Origin: a virus
Lineage: Duplodnaviria; Caudoviricetes
IMG/VR virus record: IMGVR_UViG_3300005686_000008
Reading direction: 5' to 3' (one strand)
Length of the DNA: 64,000 nt
Under the pieces are notes generated by a model. It saw nothing but the letters and a program-made list of their open reading frames with translations, did not search any database and was not told the DNA's origin. This document shows positions 18,095 through 28,628 of the stretch, one piece after another; within the stretch, counting starts at the first letter, position 1, and each line of letters opens with the position of its first letter. The position numbers and the translations under genes are program-made.

Positions 18095-19384
18095 ATGGAT
18101 AACGAAATGATTGCATTCAACACGAATCAAATGGAAGTTCATCAAAATCTCAAAACAAGTAATCCAATCAAGGCTAATGTTCTTGGGATTGCTTCTACAT
18201 CATGTTTGTATCATGTATATGGCTCGATGAATGCGAGTATTTCTCTATTGGACCCTACAGGAAAGCATGATAGAAACGACTTTGTTTTGTTGAAAGAATG
18301 CGGGAATCTTGTTTTCCATGACTATGACAAGCTAAGAGACAAAGAGATTTCATATGCTGGTTTGAATGGCTCGGGGCCGTTCATTTTTGCCAAAGAAAGT
18401 GATTTGGACGAGAATGGAGAGCCGGTACAGAGAGGGTGCAAAAAGAACGGATACGGTTGCATCCTATTCCAAACCAGAAAAAGCAATCTGCAATATGTAG
18501 TAATCAATACCGAAGGTTATGATAGCGATAGGTATATAGTCGCTCATATTGATGTTGTAGAAAAACTGCTAAGGTATTTTACTTCCCAGAACGAACTTGT
18601 CACCATGTCCCTACTTGTTGATAGGCCTCCTCTTCTTAGAGATGGCTTCATGGATGACATTATCAAAAACTCAATCGAGTTTATTCAGAATCATGATAAG
18701 TTTGCCAAGTACGGAACAAGACCGTCTAGGGGTCTTATTTTCCGCGGAGATCCAGGAAACGGCAAAACCATGACCTGCAAGTGGCTGCAAGTCTTGGCGA
18801 AGAGGGCTGGCTTGTCTGTTTCTACAATCAATTCATCTACTCTTGATTACTACCAAAAGAACAACATGCTTACTAACGCCATGAACAAAACGAATATCAT
18901 CTTCTTCGATGATATTGACATAACGTATCTTACTCGCAGGAAGGGAAATCGCCTTAGCGATTCGCATATGGCTTGTTCTCTTCTGTCCGCGATGGACGGA
19001 ATCTCCGACTTCAAGTGTAGCGTTGTTCGTATCTTTACCACAAACGAAACTATCTTTGATATTGATCCGGCGTTCTTAAGGCCTGGAAGGATTGACAAGG
19101 TTATGTCATTCGACCCGCCTGAAGCTGAACTCAGGCGCAGGTATATTACTGATTATTGGCACAACGATATTAAGAACGGCATAAACACGGAACTTCTTGT
19201 CAAGGAGAGTCATAATTTGTCTTTTGCTGAACTTGAAGAGATCAAGACTCTCCTGGTCCAAGACCTTATTCATAACGGAACTATGAATCTCAATACTGCT
19301 CTTAAGTCTTTCAAGGCTAGGCAGTCGTCTGAAAGAGAAATCCGCAAGATGATTGCTAAGAGCAAAGAGAAAGTAGAAGAATGA
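18095..19384 (+). CDS. AAA+ ATPase
   Basis: GDPGNGKT Walker A, FFDDID Walker B, DPAFLRPGRID second region of homology. Confidence 0.9.
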   Translation: MDNEMIAFNTNQMEVHQNLKTSNPIKANVLGIASTSCLYHVYGSMNASISLLDPTGKHDRNDFVLLKECGNLVFHDYDKLRDKEISYAGLNGSGPFIFAKESDLDENGEPVQRGCKKNGYGCILFQTRKSNLQYVVINTEGYDSDRYIVAHIDVVEKLLRYFTSQNELVTMSLLVDRPPLLRDGFMDDIIKNSIEFIQNHDKFAKYGTRPSRGLIFRGDPGNGKTMTCKWLQVLAKRAGLSVSTINSSTLDYYQKNNMLTNAMNKTNIIFFDDIDITYLTRRKGNRLSDSHMACSLLSAMDGISDFKCSVVRIFTTNETIFDIDPAFLRPGRIDKVMSFDPPEAELRRRYITDYWHNDIKNGINTELLVKESHNLSFAELEEIKTLLVQDLIHNGTMNLNTALKSFKARQSSEREIRKMIAKSKEKVEE

Positions 19385-19848
19385 TAGATTTACTTGACAT
19401 TGCTGCATGGATTGGGGCGTTACAACTCCTTGCTATGTATGCTCTTGTGTCTTCAAACCGCATTAAAGCGAAGAAGCTGTATCACTTTTTCAACTTTACT
19501 GGGGCCGGATTTATTTGCGCTACTTGCGTTATTGGAAAAGTTTGGCAAGCGGCTGCTGTTGAAGGTATTTGGGCTTTAATGGCGTTTGGGTTCTTTGTAA
19601 ATCAATGCATCCCAAGAAAGCTAAGCACAGAAGAACTTCTAATTCGACAGTTCAATGAAGCCAATAAGTCTCTTGAGAAGTATGAAGGCAGACCAGCCTA
19701 CGAAGCTCTGGCAGCAATTAGAAATGAATTTCCTGACTACAAAGTTTATCTTCTTGAGCCGGGAGATGTCATACATTGCGATTTTGATTACGACAGGATA
19801 ACACTGGTCAATCATAACGGTTTTGCTAGGTCAATCGTAGTAGGATAA
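19381..19848 (+). CDS. Membrane protein (CBU_0592-like N-terminus)
   Basis: Three hydrophobic helices, WIGA...Y...N.TGA pattern. Confidence 0.55.
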   Translation: MIDLLDIAAWIGALQLLAMYALVSSNRIKAKKLYHFFNFTGAGFICATCVIGKVWQAAAVEGIWALMAFGFFVNQCIPRKLSTEELLIRQFNEANKSLEKYEGRPAYEALAAIRNEFPDYKVYLLEPGDVIHCDFDYDRITLVNHNGFARSIVVG

Positions 19849-21989
19849 AACTATGTCGCTTTTCAATGTAAATGGACCTGACAATGGGATCAAGGTTGGC
19901 GATATCATTACCGCTTTTCATAAGGGGTACTGGGCTGTAACCTCTATTGAACAGAGAATCGTTACAAAGGATGAAGAAGATAGATTCCAGGGTCGCTACG
20001 GTAAAGCTGGGGATCAAAAGAACTCCATGATTTACTATGAACTTCTATTTGATAGTAACTTCAAACCTTCTGGTAAGAAGAAAAAGAAGAACAGTTGCGA
20101 TGCCTATTATTGCAAGAAGGTTGATGATGCCTTTTTCATTGAGAGGATAAAGGAATTCAATGAACAAATTGATGCCTTCTGTCATTTTGCATCTGCTATA
20201 AAAGCGATAGGGCAAATGACAAAATTCCCAATAAACCTAATGTCTCTTGGGGGATTCCAGTCTATGTTTGCCGCTCATAAGGTTGGAGAGTGGCTTGATA
20301 TCGCTGGAAACACAAAAAGCTCTGCCGATGCAACGCATTCTGCATTGCTGCAAAGACTTCTTTCTGGAAAACCGGCGCTTGAAAAAGCCCCTCCCTGCAA
20401 TATGTCTTATCCTTGGTATGAGCTTGGCGAAGGTAATAAGATAGAACTGGATCCAGAGTTCAATAGGGAAGTTACTGTTAATGGAACCAAGGTTCATTTT
20501 GGTAACACTGGTCCATTCCAGTGGGTAGATCAGCCAAATGGAATCGTTGTATATCCTCCTTCTGGCGAACACTTTAAGGTATGGAAAGAGGGTAAAAAGA
20601 GATTCATACAAAAAGTTGAGTATAAAGTTGAAATCAAACCGGCACCAGAGAGTAAGCCGTATTTCAAACCTCTCGTAGATGAAAATGGCAAATGGACAGG
20701 CTGCGATTATTGCGGTTCTGTAGATTGCGACGGTGAAGAATGCAGAAGATAGAAAAAATCATAACGAACCCGCCGGAAGAACTTATTGTGGAAATCGGAA
20801 AAGAAATTGCAACTAACAGGATGTTAGTGGGCGATGCTGGTGCTTTTATTAAAGCAAACTGTTCCAGAGAACAACTCAGAGAAATGATTGATGTTCTATG
20901 GAATGGCCCGACCGAGATAGATGAAAAACAAAGGAGTCTGTATAGAAAAGATGCAGAAACTGCTTTGAAGGTTCTTACCGAATACTTGAGCAAGGGAGAA
21001 TAACTTATGGGTGTTGATTACACAATCATGGTTACTTCTTATGTCAAGTGTTTCAAAAAGATGGAAACAGAGTCGTTTCCTGAGTTCTTCTGCGGCAACA
21101 GTAGATGCAAAATCCATAATAAAACGTTCTCTGGAGATATGGTTAATTTTTGTCCGGCTTGCGGAATAAAACTTTCTCTAAGAAATGTTGAAGAAGAAAT
21201 AGAATCTGTTGACCCATATAAAATGACACAAAATGGAACTTTTGCTTACTTAGATACAAATGATGATTTTGATTATTACGTTCCTAATAAGCATAAGAAG
21301 AATGAGCCAAAGCTTCCTCCATCTATTGATGTAAAAAGAGAAGAGACTGGTTTCCATGAGATTATTCCTGATTCTGTTTCTTCTCATTTGGAATGGTTCA
21401 AGAAAGAATTTAGCAAAGAAATAGAAAAACTTGAAAAAGCATATGGCAAACAGAATGTAAGCGTTCATTTCGGTATCGTAAACTGGGTGTGTTAATATGG
21501 GCATTTTAGAAGATAAATATAAATATCAAGTAGACTTCGCTGATAAGTTACAGTCAAAATATCCTGAACTCTTCAAAGAAAGAGGCCAACCTCATACTTG
21601 CATGAATGGGGCTATTGGTGTTGATAGAGGGTGGTGGCCTATACTTGAAGAGGTTTGCGAATATTTAGAATCGCAGCGAAAAAATGGAGTTGATGTTTAT
21701 TTTGGTCAAATTAAAGAAAAGTTTGCTGCTCTTACTATTTATCTAGATGGTAATTTTACAAAAGAGCAATCGCTTGAACTTCGCAAAAAGATGGAAGAAG
21801 TTCATAACAGGTCTCTTGCAACTTGCGAAAAGTGCGGTTCAACTGAACAGGTAACTGTTAGCGCTGATGGAGGTTGGTGGCTTAAGGCTCTGTGTCCTTC
21901 TTGTCACAAAGCAGTTGGAAGCAGAGAAGAACGAATTAATGAAGCAAAACAGGTACTTGAAGAAATATATAAAGAAATAAGGAAACAAG

Positions 21990-22592
21990 ATGAATCAGCA
22001 ACTTGAAAAAAGAATACTTGGCAAGAATGCTCCTGTTTTTGGAGAAGCGCCATCTATAGCTTTGGTCAATCCCAAGTTTGCCAGAAATGTAGGAGCGGTT
22101 ATTCGGGTTGCTGCTTGTTTTGGAATGAAGCAGGTATGGTTTAGCGGCAATAGGATCAATCTGGATCCTGCTGGCAAAGAGAGAATCCCTCGCGAAGAGA
22201 GAATGAAGGGATATGCTAACGTACAGTTATGTCAACATGATTTCTTTTTTGATCAGTTTTCAAAAGAAGTCGTTCCTGTTGCTGTTGAGTTAAAGGATGG
22301 AGCAGAACAACTTCATGAGTTTGAGCATCCAGAAAATGCTCTTTATGTCTTTGGTCCAGAAGACGGTAGCCTCAAGAGAGATGATTTGGTAAAATGTCAT
22401 AGGCGAGTTGTTATACCGACTCGCCACTGTTTGAATCTAGCAACCGCTGTTTCTATTGTAATGTATGATAGAATAGTAAAACTTCATAATAGTGGAATTG
22501 ACCGTATTCCTACTCAAAACGAACTCTTAAAGAACGATAGGGCCTGCCTTCGTGATCTTGTTGATGCTGATGATGAATCTATTATTGGGTAA
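21990..22592 (+). CDS. SpoU/TrmH-family RNA 2'-O-methyltransferase
   Basis: NVGAVIR, FGPEDGSL, CLNLATAVSIVMYDR. Confidence 0.9.
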   Translation: MNQQLEKRILGKNAPVFGEAPSIALVNPKFARNVGAVIRVAACFGMKQVWFSGNRINLDPAGKERIPREERMKGYANVQLCQHDFFFDQFSKEVVPVAVELKDGAEQLHEFEHPENALYVFGPEDGSLKRDDLVKCHRRVVIPTRHCLNLATAVSIVMYDRIVKLHNSGIDRIPTQNELLKNDRACLRDLVDADDESIIG

Positions 22593-23571
22593 AACCTGAT
22601 TTATGCCGATAATTAAAGCATGAACAGGGCAACATCGACATTCTCTGCTGTTTTGTTTTGTACATTCCTACTCTCTGTAGTAGGAGTTATTGTATATGCT
22701 CTAGGTTATAAAGCCATGAAAGAGGGTTTTATACAACTAGAAGAAGAGGTAAAGCCTGAAGAAAAAGCAACATCTTTGGAGGTTGCTAAGAAGGCTGCTC
22801 TAACGTATAAAATACATCAAAGCGATGCTTGGGGCAAAATAGAATTGATGAATAATGAATGGGACAGCGAAGATACTAATATCGAAATTAGATATATGTT
22901 CCATGATAAGACTTCTGCATTGTTTTATGTTATTGTTCATCCCAAGGAACAGATTGGCGGTATTTACATATCATCAACTCCAAAAGAATGCATGACTCTT
23001 GTTCTTGGGTCTCATGGAGAAAAACTTCCAACATCTGAAAATGGAGGCTTTTTTCCTGGACAAAGAATCTTATCAACATTTGGAATCGTTCATGTCCTAA
23101 CTGGCGTTTTAGATGGGTACGTTACCGTTGAACCTCCAATAACAAAAGCAGAAATAGAAAATACTTTTCTTCTATTAGATAATCCTAAGTCATCTGTTGA
23201 GCATTTTACCGTGGACCTTGCGAAGAAATAAACCTTATTGCCGATTTCCATATATGCAAACCGAAATTTGGGTTGTCGCCGTAAAAAGAAAAGACGGGAA
23301 CCTTCCTGATCCGAATAAGGTTCTTGGGATGTGTAACCCGAATAAAACCGAAGCGTCTAAATATGGAGAATGCGTCTTTTTTGTAAATGAGCCAGACGCA
23401 AGGCTGTTCTACAGCGCCATAGATGACGAAATGAGGAAATACTTTTCTGTATACAAGGCTTTTATTGAAATTGTTTCTCCAGCGCCGTAGACATTGAAGG
23501 AATTTTCAGTAAAATAGAGTATATAGAATAACGAGCCATATCAAATGCGCTTGATTATTAACATTGAAATA

Positions 23572-23696
23572 TACACGGATAGCTCAAAGGTAGAGCCTTG
23601 ATATGAAATTTGCTATCACTTCGCACTTCGGCGAGAGCCGAAAACCGTAGTAAATAACAATCGAGAGATTGCAGTTTCGACTACTGCACCGTGTAT
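23572..23696 (+). ncRNA. tRNA-like RNA (possibly Phe-GAA) with a ~50-nt hairpin insert or intron in the anticodon loop
   Basis: TACACGG/CCGTGTA acceptor, D arm, CTTGAT/ATCGAG stem, insert ATTTGCTAT...GTAGTAAAT, T arm. Confidence 0.7.
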
Positions 23697-23994
23697 TATT
23701 CTAATATAAGGAGTCATAATGTTAAACTACGAAGAGGTCAATAAGGTATTTATTGCTTTTGATCAAATATGTAAAGATAACCAGCACTCGTTAGTAGATG
23801 CTTTATTTGCAAATGCAAAAGTTGAAGATATGCCTCAACAGGTTATGGAAATCTATCTTGATGCAACTCTTGGTGATAGAAAGAAATTCAATAACAGAAC
23901 CTCATTCTACAATAGATGCATAAAAGAACTGGAAAAAAGGAAAGAGAAGATTAGCAGGAAAATGACCAAACTACTATGAAAGCGTGAAAGTTGC

Positions 23995-24023
23995 TTGACA
24001 GGTGGAGATTTGGTCGATACAAT
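23995..24023 (+). promoter_or_regulatory. Sigma70-type promoter
   Basis: TTGACA-N17-TACAAT. Confidence 0.8.
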
Positions 24024-24058
24024 GTAGTCGCTGATAGGAAATGTTTCCTAACCAGCAA

Positions 24059-24112
24059 CCCATCCGGTTTCAAACAGGTGAGCGGCTAACCGGAACGCTC
24101 AAAATGAATGGG
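24059..24112 (+). promoter_or_regulatory. Pseudoknotted 5' leader overlapping the RBS
   Basis: TCCGGTT/AACCGGA, TGAGCG/CGCTCA, CCCAT/ATGGG. Confidence 0.55.
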
Positions 24113-24120
24113 AGTACACA

Positions 24121-24915
24121 ATGATGTACAAGTCAGGTCTCGTAGCTGTGATAGTGGCGAACGGTAAAATCGTTCGCGAGATGAATTCGGCAGGAACCAG
24201 TACGGTTTATCTGCCCTTTGGATGCGAATACAGCATCCGCCTCAAGAACCAAGAAAATCGTAGGGCCGCTGTCAAAATCTCCATTGATGGAGATGATGTT
24301 TTGTCAGGTCACCAGTTAGTTGTTGAGGCTAACTCTGAAAGCGAAGTCAAAGGCAAGTTAGATTCTTCAGGGGATCTCGCCAAGAACGCTTTCAAGTTCA
24401 TTGAAAAAACAGACAAGATCAGGGAGTTTCGCGGGAACAAGATTGATGACGGGATTGTTCGTATTGAGTTCCAGTTTGAGGAACCAAGACCAGTTTTGAT
24501 TCCTCGTTCGCCAAGACTCAAGAAGAGTAGGCCGGATATCGATCCTTGGGTTCAGCCTTATGCTCCTCCTGTTTGGTATCAGTCTGGCGGCCCACTGAGG
24601 GGTTCATCACTGAAGGGAACCGAGTCGTTCACTGATGGTCAGATTTCCTGCCAAAGCTTCAACTGCGCGATGCCAAATGATGACGGCATTACTGTTGCTG
24701 GTTCTCATGTGAATCAGAAGTTTGGGACTACATATCTTGGAAACCTTGAAAACCAGACTCATGTAATAGTATTCCAGCTCAAGGGCGCAAAAGCTGATGG
24801 ACAGCCTATTGTCCAGCCTGTTCTTGCTCGCAAGAAGGTTCAATGTCCAACCTGCGGAAGAGCCTGCAAGTCTAGTAACAAGTTCTGCCCTGAATGCTCT
24901 ACCTGTTTAGTGTAA
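24121..24915 (+). CDS. Phage-type protein with C-terminal double Zn ribbon
   Basis: YLPFGCEYSIRLKN...; CPTCG...FCPECST. Confidence 0.75.
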   Translation: MMYKSGLVAVIVANGKIVREMNSAGTSTVYLPFGCEYSIRLKNQENRRAAVKISIDGDDVLSGHQLVVEANSESEVKGKLDSSGDLAKNAFKFIEKTDKIREFRGNKIDDGIVRIEFQFEEPRPVLIPRSPRLKKSRPDIDPWVQPYAPPVWYQSGGPLRGSSLKGTESFTDGQISCQSFNCAMPNDDGITVAGSHVNQKFGTTYLGNLENQTHVIVFQLKGAKADGQPIVQPVLARKKVQCPTCGRACKSSNKFCPECSTCLV

Positions 24916-25846
24916 AGGATTAACATGCCCTGTATGGGTCCATCAATGCCAGACGACAAAGAGATTGATCGGGTAACTGATGAAGTCTTGCAGTTCTTAC
25001 GAGAAATGCATAGAATTCAGACAATGCCTATTCCTTTTCCGACTGGCATCAATACCAAAAACAGGGAAGCAGATAGAGCAAAGCTTCGAGAAGCAGTAAA
25101 GATACTTCTTGAAAGCAGAAACTGCGAAGAATTTTGAACCAAGCTGCAAGGTTGAAAGGCCTTGCAGTCTTATTGAAAGGAGAATGTTATGTTCAATGCC
25201 ATTATCCTTGCCATGCATCTTTATCATGGTTGTGCATGTCACTATAAAGAGCCTCCTACTCCCGCTCCAATAAGAGTAGTAGAAGTTGTTGAGCAACCAG
25301 ATTTGATTAAATGGAACTTGCAGTTTTTCTATGATGCGATGCAAAGAGATGACAGACAGGATATGGAAAAATTTGCAAAGAAATCCATTGAACTTCTGAA
25401 TCTTCACAAAAAATATAAGGAATACATTAGGGTTCATGAAAAAGATACTTATTTGAAGCTCATGAACCTCAAAAAAGTGATTCCCGAGCCGCCTAAGATT
25501 GATTACAATGAGTCTCCTTGCCACGACTGCGCCCCTCCGCAGCAAAAAAGATATTCTCCAGCTAGGAAATATATCATTCCAGGGCAGCAATTGCCTCGTA
25601 CAAGAGACCCCTTGCCGGGTAATAATGGGAGGTACAGAAACAGGCATGGGCGGTAAAAGACACCATGATGACTGGTTTCCCGAAGTTGTGAAAACACTTG
25701 CAAGAAGAGAAGCGATTGACGAAATACTAGCGTTAGCAAGAAATAAAAGCGCAGAGGAAATTCTTTTAGATTTTGCAAATGAAGTTATACAAAGAAATCC
25801 AGAAAATGCCGATGCAAGGTATGTTTTGGAAATGTATAGTGAATAA

Positions 25847-26191
25847 GGGGCCGATTTGGTATTCGACCTAGGAGAAATAAAGGAACGTTGCAAGCCGAGG
25901 AACATGCAGGACTCGTAAAAAGTATGTAACAAATCAACTGGCAACAGTTACGCAATGGCTGCTTAAACAAAGCGGCATGCAAACCCTAAGACGCAGATAT
26001 TGGGGCTAGCGAAAAACTTCTGCTGGACCTAACCCAATTTTCTTTCAGTAAGTTAGGTTAAGAATAAGTGAAAGATGCTTTCTGCGAATGGTATCGGTGC
26101 TAGGCGTAGAACTAAGACAAAACATCGAAAAAGCTTGTAGTAACGCCTTGAAAACTTGCTAGACACGCGGGTTCGAATCCCGCCGGCTCCA
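25847..26191 (+). ncRNA. ssrA: tmRNA, tag (A)GNSYAMAA
   Basis: GGGGCCG...TTCGAC 5' end, GCGGGTTCGAATCCCGCCGGCTCCA 3' end with G3:U70, tag ORF 25940-25966. Confidence 0.93.
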
Positions 26192-27081
26192 TTAGGTGAA
26201 TTATGATTTGGGAATATAAAGTAGTAGCATCCGAGACTGGCGCATCCTCAACAAGATGTTACACAGACCAACTAAACTCTTTAGGAGAGCAAGGTTGGGA
26301 AATGTGTGCAGAAACTGCTGGTGAGTTTTTGGTATTCAAAAGACCAAAACTTGAAAACTCATTAGAAGAAGAAATCGCAAAACTTAAAAAAGAAAATGCT
26401 AGACTTCTAAGCGAAATAAAAGAACCAAGATGTCATAGTTGTCACGCCATACTTGGCGATAATTGGTGCGCAGACTGTGCCAGTAATGCAAATAAATAAA
26501 GATAGGAAAATGCTATGTACCACTGGATGAGATTCGCTCCCTTGTAATGTTCCAACATTACAAGGAGAGTTAAATGAACAAAGCAGAACGAAGGTCTCGT
26601 ACAGAGAAGATTGCAAAGAAGCGCTTCCGTAGGTTATATTGCAATTATCACGGAACTCCAGAAAACTGGCTCTTTTATCGCAAAAGTCAAAAAGATAGAG
26701 ATGTTCTGTACGGAAAGTGCAGAAATGGCGTAAACTCTTGGCGTTGTCGCTGCGAATATTGCCTTGGAAGAGTTTTTCGCGCACAAAGCATTGCTGATCT
26801 AAACTTTAGAGAAGGATTACAAGATGCTATGGAACTTAATATAAGTTTCAGCATGGCATTTCCTAATGTTTTAGATCCAAGTAGCACTGGTCCCTATGAT
26901 TGGGGTCATGAAAAATGGCATCTTCAAGTTTGTCCTTGGCCTAGCGCCTGGAATATGGGCAACAGATTCCATAATCAAAAATAAACCAACTATAGACAAT
27001 GCCTTCTTTGAAGGTTAATTGTTAATATGGCTTGAAATATATTCAACAGTAGGTATATTATGTCTACTGAATGGAGATACT

Positions 27082-27441
27082 ATGCAAATTGATAGTTCAG
27101 CTATTTTTGATGCTATTATGTTTCTTACCATGATGGCGCTAATACTAGAAAGATCTTTGGCTCTTATATTTGAACAAAAACATATTAGCAAAATGCTAAG
27201 CGGTAAAGGTATCAAAGAAATATTAGCATTTTGTTTATGCTTTTTTGTTTGTAAAGAGTGGTCGATAGATGTAATATCAATGATGCTTAAAATGGAGCCT
27301 GGTAAAACTCTTGGCTTTATTATTACAGCAGCCGCAATCGCAGGAGGAAGTAAAGCCTCGATAAAGCTATTCCAAGACGTTATAGGAATAGGAAAAATGC
27401 GAAAGGAGATAGTTTCAAATGAGCAGCAAAACTCCATCTAA
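27082..27441 (+). CDS. Small multi-TM protein (holin-like)
   Basis: Three hydrophobic segments, IAGGSK motif. Confidence 0.5.
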   Translation: MQIDSSAIFDAIMFLTMMALILERSLALIFEQKHISKMLSGKGIKEILAFCLCFFVCKEWSIDVISMMLKMEPGKTLGFIITAAAIAGGSKASIKLFQDVIGIGKMRKEIVSNEQQNSI

Positions 27442-28513
27442 CTTTATTGTTCCAAATACAATACTTGGAATTCCTGTTTTATCTTCTGTAAGTGGCCCTC
27501 TTTTCAGACTTATAGGAGATAGTGAGGTTATATTGAACAATCCTCATTTTATACAGATACGATGTCTTATTCCTCAAAAAGACACTCCCATTTGTGAACA
27601 AATGACCATTACGGATACTTGGATTACAGATGGCAAGGTGGAGTTTGTATCAGCTGTTCCAACCAATACTCAAGGAATATCTCAAGTTGCATGGGAGGGA
27701 TTGGATAAAAACGCTATAGACTGGAGAAGCGGAGGAGAGTTCTCTATTAAGTTCCCAAAGGGAGGAGTATTTTGGCTCCAATCAAGAGGGGCCGACTTGA
27801 GACTTCAAACGTTTGTAGTTGATACTCGTTGGGTGCAAATCGAACCACCATCTGATGTTGTTATTGAAAAAGTTGATAGTAAAACTGTTAAAATAAGCTG
27901 GAAAGATAACTCTGAAATAGAAGTCGCTTTCCATGTTTTGATTGAACAATATGTTGGCGGGAAATGGGTAAGAATACCTTATTTAAGAGTTCCAAAGAAT
28001 GTAACCACTGCTACATGGAAAGCTCTTCCTGGTTATTACAGATTTGCAGTTCGAGCTGGAGTTTCTAACCCTGAAGAAACATGGACTTTCAAGAGAGTAG
28101 TTTCTGCTGATATAAATAGCACAACAGAGGAAGTTGCATTCAAAACTGGTTCTATTATTAAATATTCTGCACCTACCAGCTGGTCTTATTTCTTTGTTGA
28201 TGGGTTATTCCAAAAACCATTGGCTCCTACCAATTTTGGCGGAACTATCAAAAATGAAAATACAATCTTCTTCGTATGGCAGGACAATTCAAATGAAGAA
28301 AGCACCTTCCATATTCTTGAAGATAAATGGGTTAATGAAGCTTGGGTTAGACAGCAAACTATAAAAATCCCTGCAAATCGCAGATCGTACACTACAGATT
28401 CTAGAACTTCCGGGAAATATCGCTATGCAATAAGGTCTGCTTATAGTTTTCCAAATACAAACATTGTTAGAACTTCTTCTCTAACAAATTGGATTGAATT
28501 CACAATTCCATAA
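27419..28513 (+). CDS. Fibronectin type III domain protein, paralog A
   Basis: WKDNSEIEVAFH / WQDNSNEESTFH FnIII motifs. Confidence 0.75.
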   Translation: MSSKTPSNFIVPNTILGIPVLSSVSGPLFRLIGDSEVILNNPHFIQIRCLIPQKDTPICEQMTITDTWITDGKVEFVSAVPTNTQGISQVAWEGLDKNAIDWRSGGEFSIKFPKGGVFWLQSRGADLRLQTFVVDTRWVQIEPPSDVVIEKVDSKTVKISWKDNSEIEVAFHVLIEQYVGGKWVRIPYLRVPKNVTTATWKALPGYYRFAVRAGVSNPEETWTFKRVVSADINSTTEEVAFKTGSIIKYSAPTSWSYFFVDGLFQKPLAPTNFGGTIKNENTIFFVWQDNSNEESTFHILEDKWVNEAWVRQQTIKIPANRRSYTTDSRTSGKYRYAIRSAYSFPNTNIVRTSSLTNWIEFTIP

Positions 28514-28628
28514 AGAAGATTTGCACTTGAAAGTTGAATTTTCAAAACGCAACGATATACTTGATTGTTGCGTTTTTGTCCTGAAAGGCGGTCTAGCAGA
28601 CTAAACTTTTGTCGGAAAAAGGAAGAGT

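Noticed and set aside
24997-25944. 315-aa minus-strand ORF
   Set aside because: It is antisense to three + strand genes and the tmRNA, with no recognisable motifs; a shadow ORF.
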